A program made the translations under genes and the position numbers. A DNA stretch of 64,000 bases from Octopus vulgaris (lineage: Eukaryota): positions 17,422,001 through 17,486,000 of the forward strand of contig OX597840.1 in assembly GCA_951406725.2 (NCBI GenBank). Reading direction: 5' to 3'. The first letter of the stretch is position 1. Every line of letters begins with the position of its first letter. The notes under the pieces are model-generated. The model was not told the DNA's origin and did no database searches. It saw only the letters and a list, made by a program, of their open reading frames with translations. This document shows, piece by piece, positions 14,142-26,261 of this stretch.

Positions 14142-14416
14142 GTTTTTTAATTAAATACACCTTACATATAAAGCCGGTTTCCAACAAAGATACAAGGCTC
14201 CATCTTTGGGATGCAGTTAACACAAACAAATTCACATTTGGAACTTGAGAATATGGGAACCGGTATTAAGGAACGATAGGAAAATATTAGATTTATAAGC
14301 CATAAAATTGACTCCATAATTGCCCACAGGTGTATGAGGTAGTGGTTAAGAGTGCGGCTACTAACCCCAAGATTCCAAGCAGTGACATGAATAATAATAA
14401 TATTATTAATAATAAT

Positions 14417-14449
<33 letters not shown>

Positions 14450-14530
14450 AATGATATGATGATGATGTAGTACCCAGTGGTTCTGAAATTCCAGACAACT
14501 GATTGGAAGAGTATCATGTACATTGTTTTT

Positions 14531-15400
14531 GGAAAAATACCTTAAGAATGAGAACCTAGGTTCGAAATTCCCCCAAGATACCCGATGAAGGCTGGAGTGT
14601 ACATCAGCCGAAACGTTGTGTTAACAACAAACAAGATGAGACAAATATCCATCAAATATAAATAATGTAGATAATGTGTATGTATATATGTATATATACC
14701 TTTTGCATGTATTTGGATGTTGAGGCTTAGCTGTAGCACCAACTTTAATGTGCTGAACATAATACATACATATATACATGCATACATACATACATGCATA
14801 CATGCATACATACATGCATACGTGTATACACATATGCATCTGTGTATACATATATGTATACATGCATGTATGTATGATGGGTATATTGGGCTTCGTATAT
14901 TTTACCCTAATGTCACTTTGATGGCATGCACTGCTCTTTCACTCAATAACAACAACAACAACAACAACAACAACAACGGAAAATACCCTAGGAATGAGAA
15001 CCCAGGTTCGAAATTCCCCCAGGACACCTGATGAAGGCTGAAGAGTACTACATCGGAAAAATACCTTAAGAATGAGAACCCAGGTTCGAAATTCCCCCAA
15101 TATACTCGATGAAGGCTGGAGGGTATATCAGCCGAAACGTTGTGTTAACAACAAACAAGATGAGGACAAATATCCATCAAATATAAATAATGTAGATAAT
15201 GTGTATGTATATATGTATATATACCTTTTGCATGTATTTGGATGTTGAGGCTTAGCTGTAGCACCAACTTTAATGTGCTGAACATAATACATACATATAT
15301 ACATGCATACATGCATACATACATGCATACATACATGCATACGTGTATACACATATGCATCTGTGTATACATATATGTATACATGCATGTATGTATGTAT
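14531..15400 (+). repeat. Tandem duplication (period about 525 bp) of a hammerhead-bearing short element
   Basis: ggaaaaataccttaagaatgagaacc...ggttcgaaattccccc at 14531, 14978 (partial) and 15055; cores CCGATGA 14582, CTGATGA 15028, TCGATGA 15106, with ggctg/cagcc-GAAAC-GTT in the first and third copies. Confidence 0.8.
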
Positions 15401-15463
15401 GTATACACATATGCGTGTATACATACATGCATGTATACATATATGTATACATGCATGTATGTA

Positions 15464-15962
15464 CATCGTCGGGTCGTCGGCGACTAAACTGGCAACCCCA
15501 CCAAGCTTGCTTGGTGAGGAGGGTGTTTATTGGACACCCTGCGGGATGAAAAACAAAACCCGTCAAAGGGCGGAGGAACTCTTGAGAGTCAATGGCCATC
15601 CAATAAATATCTTAAGGCTGTATCGTGCGCGGGGACATAGAAATAATCGGACTGAATACCCGATCGCGCGGTTAAGCCATTGGGAGTGAAGGACTCCTAG
15701 CCTTTGTTAGGGCATCCTTCTAGGAGAAGGTAACTCGGGTAACTGGGATAACTCCAACACAAAACCTGCGGCTCAGTGGTTACCAATGATGTTGACTTGT
15801 TCTTCTTTTCGGATTATGGCTGATGTTGCTTAGAGAGTGGGATTGACTCAGTGCACAGCCTTTCCTCACTTTAAAAAATCTTCCTGCACAGGCATTGCAC
15901 GATAACAACATTGATTAAGCTTCGTGCAATGGCCGCCCTCGATAACGAGGGGGCAGCCACCA
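15464..15962 (+). mobile_element. Non-autonomous RTE derivative (structured 5' region joined to the RTE 3' tail)
   Basis: 3' end ttaagcttcgtgcaat...ctcgataacgagggggcagcca matches the RTE end at 6655-6696; several hairpins; ctaggagaaggtaactc motif. Confidence 0.7.
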
Positions 15963-16488
15963 TGTGTGTATACATGCATGTATGTATGCATGCATGAATA
16001 ATATGTGTGTGCGTGCATAATCATGTGTGTATGTAACGGATAAGCCCGCACTTTGAAGATGGTGCTGCAGCTAACACTCAACATCCAAATACATGCAAAA
16101 GCCATTTACATGACGTAAGAAAACAATGCAGGAAAACAAAACCATTCTAAAAGTACTCACTCCCCCACACACACACATACACACACGCATACAAACACAC
16201 GTTTCACAATCCTTTGTGTGTATATCTTATATAACCGTCTATTGTGTTTTAATATCTCTGCTCTCTTTTACACATATATTCTCCTTCTCATCTTTCTTTC
16301 TCTCTATCTCGCCCTCCCTTCCCTTCTACCTATCCACCTCTCTCTCAGCCACCTCTCTCTCAGCCACCTCTCTCTCAGCCACTTCTCTCTATCCCCCTTT
16401 CTCTTCCCTCTCTCTCAATTCCTTTTCTCTACCCACCTTCTCTCTCTTAGTGTGATGGTGTATTTACCCTGTTTTTGCTTTTCTTTCC

Positions 16489-16540
<52 letters not shown>

Positions 16541-16839
16541 ATTCCTCTCTCTCTTAAATTTATAGCATGATGTCTTTCTGTGATCCCTCCTCTCTCTCTC
16601 TCTCTCACTCTCTCTCCCTCACTTCATTTTCCACCCTTTTCTCTCTCTCTCCGCCTTTACCTCCCGCCTTTCCTCTCACATCGCACTCTGACTCACTCCA
16701 CCAACGCCATCTAACGAGGATAGGCTGTAAGTTTATTGTCAGACAAAGAAGTTGATAAAAAAATGAAAACTAAAGCAACACCATCTCCGCCATCGCTACC
16801 ATCACAGACCCCACCCTATACCACGATGGCCACCACTAT

Positions 16840-17715
16840 CGACGTTATCACCATCACCATCATCATCTTAAACCACAAACCACAGACATTACCCAACTTG
16901 GAAGACCACTACCACCACCACCACCACCACCACCACTACCATCGTTATCATCATCGTAATCATCATCATCATCATCATCATCACCATAACCATCAACATC
17001 ATCATCACCCTCCAACCGCCACCGCCACCGCTGTAAACACCGCCGCCGCCGCCATCATCATCATCATCATCATCATCATCACACCCAACATTGTCGTCGT
17101 CGTCATCATTATCATCATGTTCGCCACGACCACCGCCATCACCTCCGTCACCATTATCATCGTCATCATCATCATCATCGTCGTCGTCGTCCTAGTCATC
17201 CTCATCTTCATCATCGTTATCATCATCATCATCGCCGCCATTGCCACCACGACAACAGGGAACCATCGTCGTAACAAACAACGCACAACTGCCCTCCCTC
17301 TCATCATCATCATCATCACCGCCACCATCACCAACCCCAACCCCATCACCATAGAAATAAATAGATAAATAAATAAACCGTCAAGGCAGCTATTAGTCAA
17401 GAGGGGCGGGGGACCGAATTTGGAGTGTGGGAGACAAAAATAGCCGAAGAGAGGGAAAACAATTTCAGTAAATATGGCTGCCAAACCTACTTTTTACTTT
17501 CAAAGAAGCAGACGACATGAGTGAACTACGAAAGATAACGAACTGAACAGTTGAGTTGAAATATAACGATAGAAGTTCATCATCATCATCATCATCGTCG
17601 TCGTCGTCGTCATCATCATCGTCGTCATCATCATCATCATCATCATCATCATCGTCATCGTCGTCGTCGTCATCATCATCATCATCGTCATCATCACCAT
17701 CATCATCATCATCAT
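16840..17715. repeat. Degenerate (CAT/CAC/CGT)n trinucleotide low-complexity tracts
   Basis: Direct; accounts for the poly-H, poly-I and poly-D ORFs. Confidence 0.9.
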
Positions 17716-18309
17716 TGATATATTTTTTCTGAATTCTATTTTTATATCTTTTATTGTTGTTGTTCCCCACTTTTGATTAATGTAAGCACCACCATTTTAT
17801 GTGTTGCATTTTGTCTTTTGATGTTGTCCTCAATACGTGGTGCTCCTGTGGCCAAGTAAAAAACAAAAAAAAACCGTCATCGTCCATCCTCACCGTCGTC
17901 ATAATCGTTGAAACACATTTTATCATTGTTTTATTTCATTAAAAGCAATCCACTTCTTTAGTTTTTCATCAAAAACGTGCTCTCTGTTGTTGTTGTTGTT
18001 GTCGTCGTTGTTGTTGCTTAACCGCAGGTAAGCCCTGATTGAGTCTACCTAGTACCAAAGGATTTTCAGTCGTGACGGTCATATTTACTTACGCTCAAAA
18101 ATGTCATGTGACCCATTTGCCCACAAACGCCCCACAACAATCCAAGTTTGGTCAATTCTTATCATCTGGACACCGAAAAGGACAAACTCTCCCCGAGGTT
18201 TCTCTGCATTAAAATACAATATACACACTGCATAATTATACACTCCATATAATTAGGCACTGAGTACTCTAATGAACTACAGTTTATCGCATATTTATTC
18301 TGGGTATAT

Positions 18310-18810
18310 TCCATGTCCGTCGCTAAGGGGGGTTCACTGGACGGCATTTCCCCCTCACTATTCATTGGATTACCCTCGTATTTACAGTGATACACTTATT
18401 TCGAAACTAATTACAAATTAGTGCCCAGCCAGAATATTCTGAGCTGCCCCCAGGCACCAAAATCTAGTGAAAGACCTGAAGTCGTGTATGGACATACTTA
18501 CTTTAAATCCACTATACATACATGCTCTATATACTCTATATAGAATAGGAACCTGGGAATGCCCAACGCTAAGGGCTGTGTATATAGTAATTTCTTAGGC
18601 TCCCTTAACCAACCCCTAGAGCATGCCCGTCGCTAAGTGGGTGTGCTGGACAGCACTGCCCCTCGTTATTCAATGGTGTGCCCTCAGCTTTACAGTGATG
18701 CATTTATTTGAAACTCCACTTTAGCATTATTACAAAGTAGTATCCACCCAGAATATTCTGAAGCACTCTCAGGCGCCGAAGTCTGGCAACGGGCCTGGAA
18801 TGTTCCAGTG
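18310..18810. repeat. Diverged tandem duplication, period about 310 bp
   Basis: ccgtcgctaag...tttacagtgat...ccagaatattctga appears twice (about 18310-18480 and 18621-18800). Confidence 0.75.
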
Positions 18811-18917
18811 CAAAACTCCCGCGTAGGCTCACCATGCATTTCCAACATGGAGTTATTAAACCAAAGACCGCAAAGTGAAATGGGATACGGAAATACCAGA
18901 GAAAAACACTTACCAAG

Positions 18918-19050
18918 GAGCAGGCGTGGCTGTGTGGTAAGAAGTTTGCTTCCCAACCCCACGGTCTTGGTTTCAGTCCCACTGCGTGGCATCTTGGACA
19001 AGTGTCTTCTACTATAGCCTCGGAACAACCAAAGCCGTGTAGACAGAAAC
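18918..19050 (+). mobile_element. SINE family A, 5' half
   Basis: gcgtggctgtgtggtaag...cagtcccactgcgtggca...ctactatagcctcgg. Confidence 0.85.
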
Positions 19051-19054
19051 ACGT

Positions 19055-19087
<33 letters not shown>

Positions 19088-19099
19088 TATATATATATA

Positions 19100-19672
19100 T
19101 ATATATATAATAGAAATAGACACCTTTAATTTTCAAAATTTATTATTTGATATTAATTGGTTGAAGGAGAGGTTTTCTTCTAGCTGCTCGTCCATAATAC
19201 CCAAGCTTATGCAGATATGCAACACACGTTCTTGGACTAACTTCTAGCTGTTTTGCAATGTCAGAAGCCTTCGAACGGGGTTCGTTTACCACAATTGTCT
19301 TCAAACAGCGAAGCTTCCTTTCCTAGAGCCCAGGTCGGCCGGGACGAGAATCTGTTGATTCTTTTTCTTGGCTTTTGAATTGCACTATAATTCTATTAAA
19401 AGTAGCAAGAGGAATTTGGAGATTTTCAGCAATTTTTCGCTGGCTAAGACCAGCCTCAGATTGCCCAACAATACGACCTCTTTGAAAATCTGACAGTTGT
19501 GCTGAATTTTTTGTGCAAGGCATGGTTACTCTTTCACAAATGTTTAATATAATGGCACCTGGAATGGAAAAGAATAATTACATTGTAAATTCTACACCGC
19601 TGAAAACATATTAAGACGCTTAGATCAGAAATTTTGATAATTAAATGTGTCTATTTACTTCTTGCATGTCTG
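19100..19672 (-). mobile_element. Tc1-like transposon, 5' portion
   Basis: TIR cagacatgcaagaagtaaatagacac; [28 protein letters not shown], then KASDIAKQLEVSPRT; homologous to 29671-30625. Confidence 0.85.
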
Positions 19673-19686
19673 TGTGCCTGTGTGTG

Positions 19687-19830
<144 letters not shown>

Positions 19831-19891
19831 TACGTACGTACGTATGTATGTATGTATGTATGTATGTACGTACGTATGTATGTATGTATGT

Positions 19892-20335
19892 ATGTGCTGG
19901 ACAAAATCTTAAGACCAGTGAAAAAACTGCCGACTTAAACTCTTTGCAGACCGATTTATTTGATTATTTTTTCATTATAGAAAAAGATATACGAAATCCT
20001 AAAGAAATGTTTAACATTTAATGTAGAAAATTTGCACTGAATGACAAATAACAATATTTTGCTGGGTCAAAAGTCTAAGATCTTGACAAATAACAAACGA
20101 AAACAATGAATAGATAATAAGCAAGGAGGGTCAATAGTTAGTAGTTCCTCCATTTCTACGAATAGATTCAAAAATTCGCTGAGCCATACTCGACTCAAAC
20201 TTTTGCAGGAGGTTGTCCGTAATGTTACCCCACGGGGTGAAGAATACTTTACGAAGAGCATCCACTGTCTCAAATTGCGTTTCACTTTCGTAAATGTCCC
20301 TTGCCAGCCGACTCCAAAGATTTTCCATGTTCCTA
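19892..20335 (-). mobile_element. Tc1/Tc3-like transposon, 3' fragment
   Basis: MENLWSRLARDIY...SMAQRIFESIRRNGGTTNY* C-terminus; terminal gtgctggacaaaatcttaagacc. Confidence 0.7.
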
Positions 20336-20463
20336 TTTATCACAGTAAAGAATGCATTACAAACAGTGGTCGTCCTCTTCGGGGACACAAAAACACTTCA
20401 TCTGTTCCGCCACTTATGTCAATATCCACAGTCTTTCTAAAAAGCCCTAGTGAAACCCACAAT

Positions 20464-20876
20464 AGGCGCAGTCATGGCTGTGTGTGGTGGTAAGAAGCTT
20501 GCTTCCCAACCACATGGTTCGGGGTTCAGTCCCACTGTCTAGCACCTTGTGCAAGTGTCTTCTATTATAGCCTCGGGCCAACCGAAGCTTTTGTGAGTGG
20601 ATTTCGTGGACGGAAGCTGAAAGAAGCTCGTCATATGTGTGTGTGTGTGTGTGTATGTGTGTGTTTACATCTCTGTTTGTCACCCCATCCCCGCCATCAT
20701 TTGACAACTGATGTTGGTATGGTTACGTCTTCGTAACTTAGCAGTTCAGCAAAAGACACCGATAGAATAATAGAATAAGTACTAGGCTTACAAAGAATAA
20801 GTCCTGGGGTTAATTTGTTCAACTAAAACCCCTTAAGGTGATGCTCCAGCATGGCTGCAGTCTAACGACAAGTAAA
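20464..20876 (+). mobile_element. SINE family A, full length
   Basis: Both halves match the consensus. Confidence 0.88.
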
Positions 20877-21689
20877 ATATAAATTAAAGAATAATACAGT
20901 ACTGCAACAAAATCTGGAACGGTGTTGCTGGGCGGCTACACACACACACACACACACACACTCACACACACCCTGGGCCAAAACAAACAGAAAAGTCACT
21001 CAACTATTTCACATGAAAGCCCCCTCAAACACATCCCATCGTCTGGCGCACAAATATGCTGTGTCCTCTCTCTGCATTTTCGAACGCTACTATAGTGGCC
21101 TCTGCTCTACACAGATGGTTAAACTCCACAATTTCTTCTGAAGTCTTTTCGACTCGTTTTCCCTCGTCCCGTCACTCATGCCGTGTCACCCCATATCTCC
21201 AGTACGCAATAATTACTGCGCACAATCCTTGCTCCACAGAATATCCGTGCTAGGTAATTCCCACCCACCAACGCGTTAACAGCGACGACCTCATTAGCGT
21301 ACAAACATACACATAAACACACACACACACGCACACACATACATTTATGTATGTGAATATCTAATATATATATATATATATATACGGATGTATGTATGTA
21401 TGTATATACTAGTATTTATATATCCATATTCAAACATATACATATAGACACTGATACATTTATACACATATACACACACACATACACACACACACACGCC
21501 CATTTACATCGTCATACCGACACAAATAGAAATAAACATACAACAGTTTGCATTTGTTGTGGGGGGACCACTTCATGCGATAGGTGGTGGTGGCGGTGGT
21601 GTTAGTGGTGGTGGTGTTTGTGATGGGGTGAGAATGCGTGCGTAACAGTAAGTCTATTAGTGTTTGCGTATATACGTGTATGCATATAG

Positions 21690-21733
<44 letters not shown>

Positions 21734-22127
21734 ACACACACTTACACACGGAACAACGCCCAACCGCTGTTTCATAAGGTCAAAGTATTAAAGTAAAAAC
21801 AATAAAAAGGTAAAGCAAGTTCCTCCACTCCCCTGCAGTTCCAACATGACTATCAACAGAGATTATTTTTCTTGTCTTTCTTCCAAGCACCAACAACAAG
21901 ACTTGCTTTCTAGCTGCTTCGCGTGGAACCTTTCTCTTCTTTTACACCTTGAGCTGATGTTGGCGGCATTGATGTAATATATATATACACACACACACAT
22001 ACATACATACATACATACATACATACATACATACATACATACATACATACATACATACATACATACATACGTACATACACACATACATACATACATACAT
22101 ACATACACAACATACATACATATATAT

Positions 22128-22180
<53 letters not shown>

Positions 22181-22257
22181 CCAGAGTAAGAAGCGCATAA
22201 ATGTAAAACAAAGTGGAAGAAATAGTACTCGAATACCAGTGGTAGAGTAATATGATT

Positions 22258-22398
22258 TATTAAAAAGCAGCAGAAATATAACAAAAACTGTTACTCAGAG
22301 TTTCACGTTCCCGTTCGTCGGACAGTTTTGTCTGACGAACAGGAACATGAAACTCTGAGTAACAGCTTTTTGTGATATTTTTACTGCTTTTTAATAAA
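22258..22398. ncRNA. Palindrome of about 140 bp formed by two back-to-back type I hammerhead motifs
   Basis: Minus: aaaactgt-CCGACGA-acg-GGAA-cgt-GAAAC-tctga-GTA-acagtttt (22282-22330). Plus: tgt-CTGACGA-acaggaacat-GAAAC-tctga-GTA-aca (22329-22364). Confidence 0.75.
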
Positions 22399-22446
22399 GT
22401 ATGTATATATATACATATGTATGCATACATATACATATATCTGTAC

Positions 22447-22775
22447 GTGGTGAAGGCGCCTGGCTTAGTGGTTAGGGCAATCGGCTCGCGATCGTAAGGG
22501 CGTGAGTTCAATTCGCGGCGACGCGTTGTGTCCTTGAGCAAGACACGTTATTTCGTGTTGCTCCAGTCCACTCGGCTGGTAAAAATGAGTAGTACCTGTA
22601 TTTCAAAGGGCCAGTCTTGTCACACTCTGTGTCATGCTGAATCTCCCTGAGAACTACGTCAAGGGTACACGTGCCTATGGGGTGCTCAGCCACTTGCACG
22701 TTAATTTCACGAGCTGGCCGTTCCCTTGATCACATCAGCTGGGACCCTCGTCGTCGTAACCGACGGAGTGGTCCC
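22447..22775 (+). mobile_element. tRNA-derived SINE family C
   Basis: A box tggcttagtggttag, B box gagttcaattc, central tgtgtccttgagcaagacac...ttgctcc. Confidence 0.75.
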
Positions 22776-22974
22776 TTTTTTTATCAGTACGTATAAACGT
22801 ACGTGCATACAAATATATGGATGTATGTGTAAATATATATGTATATATGTGTGTATATATATGTGTATATATATATATAATATACATATATGTGTGCGTG
22901 TGTGTAATGTGTATATACATACCTATATATATATACATATATATATATATATAGGTATGTATATATTTACATAT

Positions 22975-23022
<48 letters not shown>

Positions 23023-23317
23023 TACGTTTCTATGTAGGCACGTACGAATGTGCTTTGCATACTTGAGTATATGCACATGTGCAAATATACAAATATAGCT
23101 TATCACACGGACATCTACTCACTCGCTTCTCTCTCTATCTTTCTGTCTGTCTATCTATCTGCCTACCTACCTACCTATCTATCTATCTAACTATCTTTTC
23201 TTCTTACCTTCCTTCCTTTCTTCCTTCCTTCCTTCCTTCCTTCCTTCCTCCCTCCCTTCCTTCCTTCCTTCCTTCCTTCCTTCCTTCCTTCCTCCCTTCC
23301 TTCCTTCCTTCCTTCCT

Positions 23318-23356
<39 letters not shown>

Positions 23357-23919
23357 AAAGATATGTAATATATTTGCATACACACACACGCACACACACA
23401 CACACACGTTTTACAGGCATTAAAACGACGGATATTGAATAAAGGATTCAATATGCGCGTAGAATCTAAAAGCCTCGAAGTGTGTCTGTGTCTGTGTGTC
23501 TGTTTCTGCATGCAAACGTGTATGTGTGTGTGTGTTTGTGTGTATTTATGCGTGTATGTATATGTATTTGTATTTGTACATGTGTATTTGCATATGTGAC
23601 AATATGTGTGTGTGTGTGTGTGTGTATACATATGCATATGTATGTGCGTATGTGTAGGTATACATGTGTGTTGCTAGAGGTATGGTCTGGTTGTTACGTT
23701 GTTCGTTGTGTTATCATGACCTCCCAGTTTCGTTTCGACTGATAGCTATCTTGGGCAAGTATCTTTTCCTCTAGCCTCGGGTGATGCAAGCCTTCTAAGT
23801 GAAACTGGTTAAACGAAAATTATCAACGGTGATCCATTTCGTTTTTTATGGATGTTGCACGCCCTCCGCATATAAACACACAAAGCATTGACGAATATGT
23901 ATTTGACGAACATATTACA

Positions 23920-24134
23920 CAGACATGACAGAAGCACAATGACACCCTATAAAGCATCGTTTTATGTTTATTCTATCTTGTAAAGGTTTATATTTTTTAT
24001 TCCTTGACATTTTTATGTTTCAGATTCTATATGTGACTGTTTAATCCTACCATGCACAAAAGAAGCCTTCGCACTGTCTGAATTTCAAAGCGGCCTTATT
24101 GTGGGTCATTCTGAAGGTAGATATAGTCAGCGTA
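23920..24134 (+). mobile_element. Tc1-like 5' fragment
   Basis: TIR cagacatgacagaag; ccatgcacaaaagaagcc...tctgaatttcaaagcggcc matches 29671 onward. Confidence 0.75.
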
Positions 24135-25409
24135 TCCATGAATGAGACCTTTTTGGGATCTTTACCTTTTGACCGACAGATTTAAAAATAATTCTTTGTA
24201 ACTAAACACTTTCAAACTTTGTATACTTGAAGAATGTGTCACATAAAACATCTTTTACTCTTGGCGTTGTTGAGAAAATTCTGTATTTTGGAAGTTATTT
24301 CTTGGAAGTTGTCATATTTCGGTAATTTCAACCAATCAATGACGTGTATTCAGCTGAATAAAATTACTGCCGTTGTTTGTCAACAACAACTTCCGGCGGT
24401 GTATATTTCGTTTGTCACTGTTATTTATGACATGTTTCATCTCAGTTACGTATATATGAATAAACGAGTGTATCTGAAGCATGTTCGAAGGCTTCTGACA
24501 TTGCAAAACAGCTAGAAGTTAGTCCAAGAACGTGTGTTGCATATCTGCATAATCGTTCGTGCTTCATTTTTCATTTTTTTTCCGTAACTCTAACCCTAAT
24601 CCTAACCCTAAAATTCTAATCCTAAAACCCTAATCCCAACCCTAAAACCCTAACCCTAACTCTAAAATCCTAACCCTAACCCTAAAACTAGTACAAATGC
24701 AGGAATGATGTCATAAATAAGATTTACAAACAAAAAATACCCAAATAACTTCCAAAATACAGAATTTTCTCACCAACGCCAAGAGTAAAAGATGTTTTAT
24801 GTAACACATTCTACCAGTATACGAAGTTTGAAAGTGTTTAGTTACAAAAAATTAATTTTTTTAATTTGTCGGTCAAAAGGTAAAGATCCCCTTTTTGCGC
24901 CCGGCCATCCAAAGTAAACCTCACACATGGTCCCAGCATGATGGATCGACTGCTCATACCGCAAAAGAAAAAATGCAGTTTTCTACAGCAGTGCTTTGGC
25001 GAGGGTATATAATCTCCCGCTACGGCAATGTCAACTGGCTTTCATATTCTCCAGATTTGACTAGCCCGAATTTTTCCTTGTGGGGGTACCTGAAAGAGAG
25101 GGTTTACGTCAACAAACCAGAAACCCTGATGCAACTGAAGGAGAAAATCAATAGAAAAATCAGAGAAGTGGGGTCTGAGGGTTTTATGGTACAAGTTTTG
25201 GAAAGAGCACGAGCGTGCGAAGCCAAAAATGGCTGCCTCTTAAACAATATCATTTTTCACATGTGATATAGTGATGTTGCAAAATATGACTTGTGCATAT
25301 TAATTTCCATTATGTCTTTTATATTGTATCAACATTTCATGCATTTATTTGTAAATTTAAGGAAGTTATTAAAAATTGAAACCTATCAGTGACGTTTGGG
25401 ACACCTTGT

Positions 25410-25410
<1 letters not shown>
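24135..25410 (+). mobile_element. Tc1/mariner (rosa/DD41D-like) 3' fragment interrupted by a MITE
   Basis: WSQHDGSTAHT..IISRYGNVNW..SPDLT..FSLWGYLKERVY; terminal tttgggacaccttgta. Confidence 0.75.
24156..24889. mobile_element. Foldback MITE with GGATC-starting long TIRs, 8-bp TSD and internal (CCCTAA)n
   Basis: ggatctttaccttttgaccgac / gtcggtcaaaaggtaaagatcc; TSD cctttttg at 24148-24155 and 24890-24897; telomere-like repeats 24590-24685. Confidence 0.88.
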
Positions 25411-25467
<57 letters not shown>

Positions 25468-25624
25468 CCTCCTTCTTTCTTTCTTTTCCTGAGCATCCAG
25501 TAACACTATACTTGTTCTTCGTCCTCGCGTTGTTGTGTTTTCATGTTTGGATTAACTATATATATATATATATATATATATAGTTAATCCAAACATGAAA
25601 ACATATATATATATATAAAATTTA

Positions 25625-25834
25625 AAACAGTTTCATTCGGTTCTGTGCGAACTCAAATTTGGCAGGCTTCTAACGGAAGTTCGACGCTTTCAGGCTTTGG
25701 AATGCCGAATGAAGAGATACAGGAGGAAGTCCTGGAGTTCCTGCCGCAGGAACCGGATCAAACTTTTTAAATAATACATGAAACTCCTACTAAATGTGTG
25801 GAGTGCCATTTTCTTCCATTTCTCCACTCACTCG

Positions 25835-25835
<1 letters not shown>
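25625..25835. repeat. Dispersed repeat, homologue at about 33980-34112
   Basis: Shared taaataatacatg...tcctactaaatgtgt.gagtg.cattttctt...tttctccactcac. Confidence 0.7.
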
Positions 25836-25916
<81 letters not shown>

Positions 25917-25928
25917 CCTATCTATCTA

Positions 25929-26027
<99 letters not shown>

Positions 26028-26121
26028 TCTAATAAATTGTCGAATTGTTTTCTAAATGTTTAGTTTTAAAAGTTTTCCTAACGAAACGCACCAGCAAATT
26101 TTTATATTCCGAGTTAATCAA

Positions 26122-26260
<139 letters not shown>

Positions 26261-26261
26261 T

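Noticed and set aside
16736-17368. 210-aa His/Ile-rich ORF
   Set aside because: Degenerate CAT/CAC repeats; typical low-complexity DNA.
24590-24685. Telomeric repeats as a chromosome-fusion scar
   Set aside because: They are internal to a TSD-flanked MITE, and a related element at 52037 also carries them.
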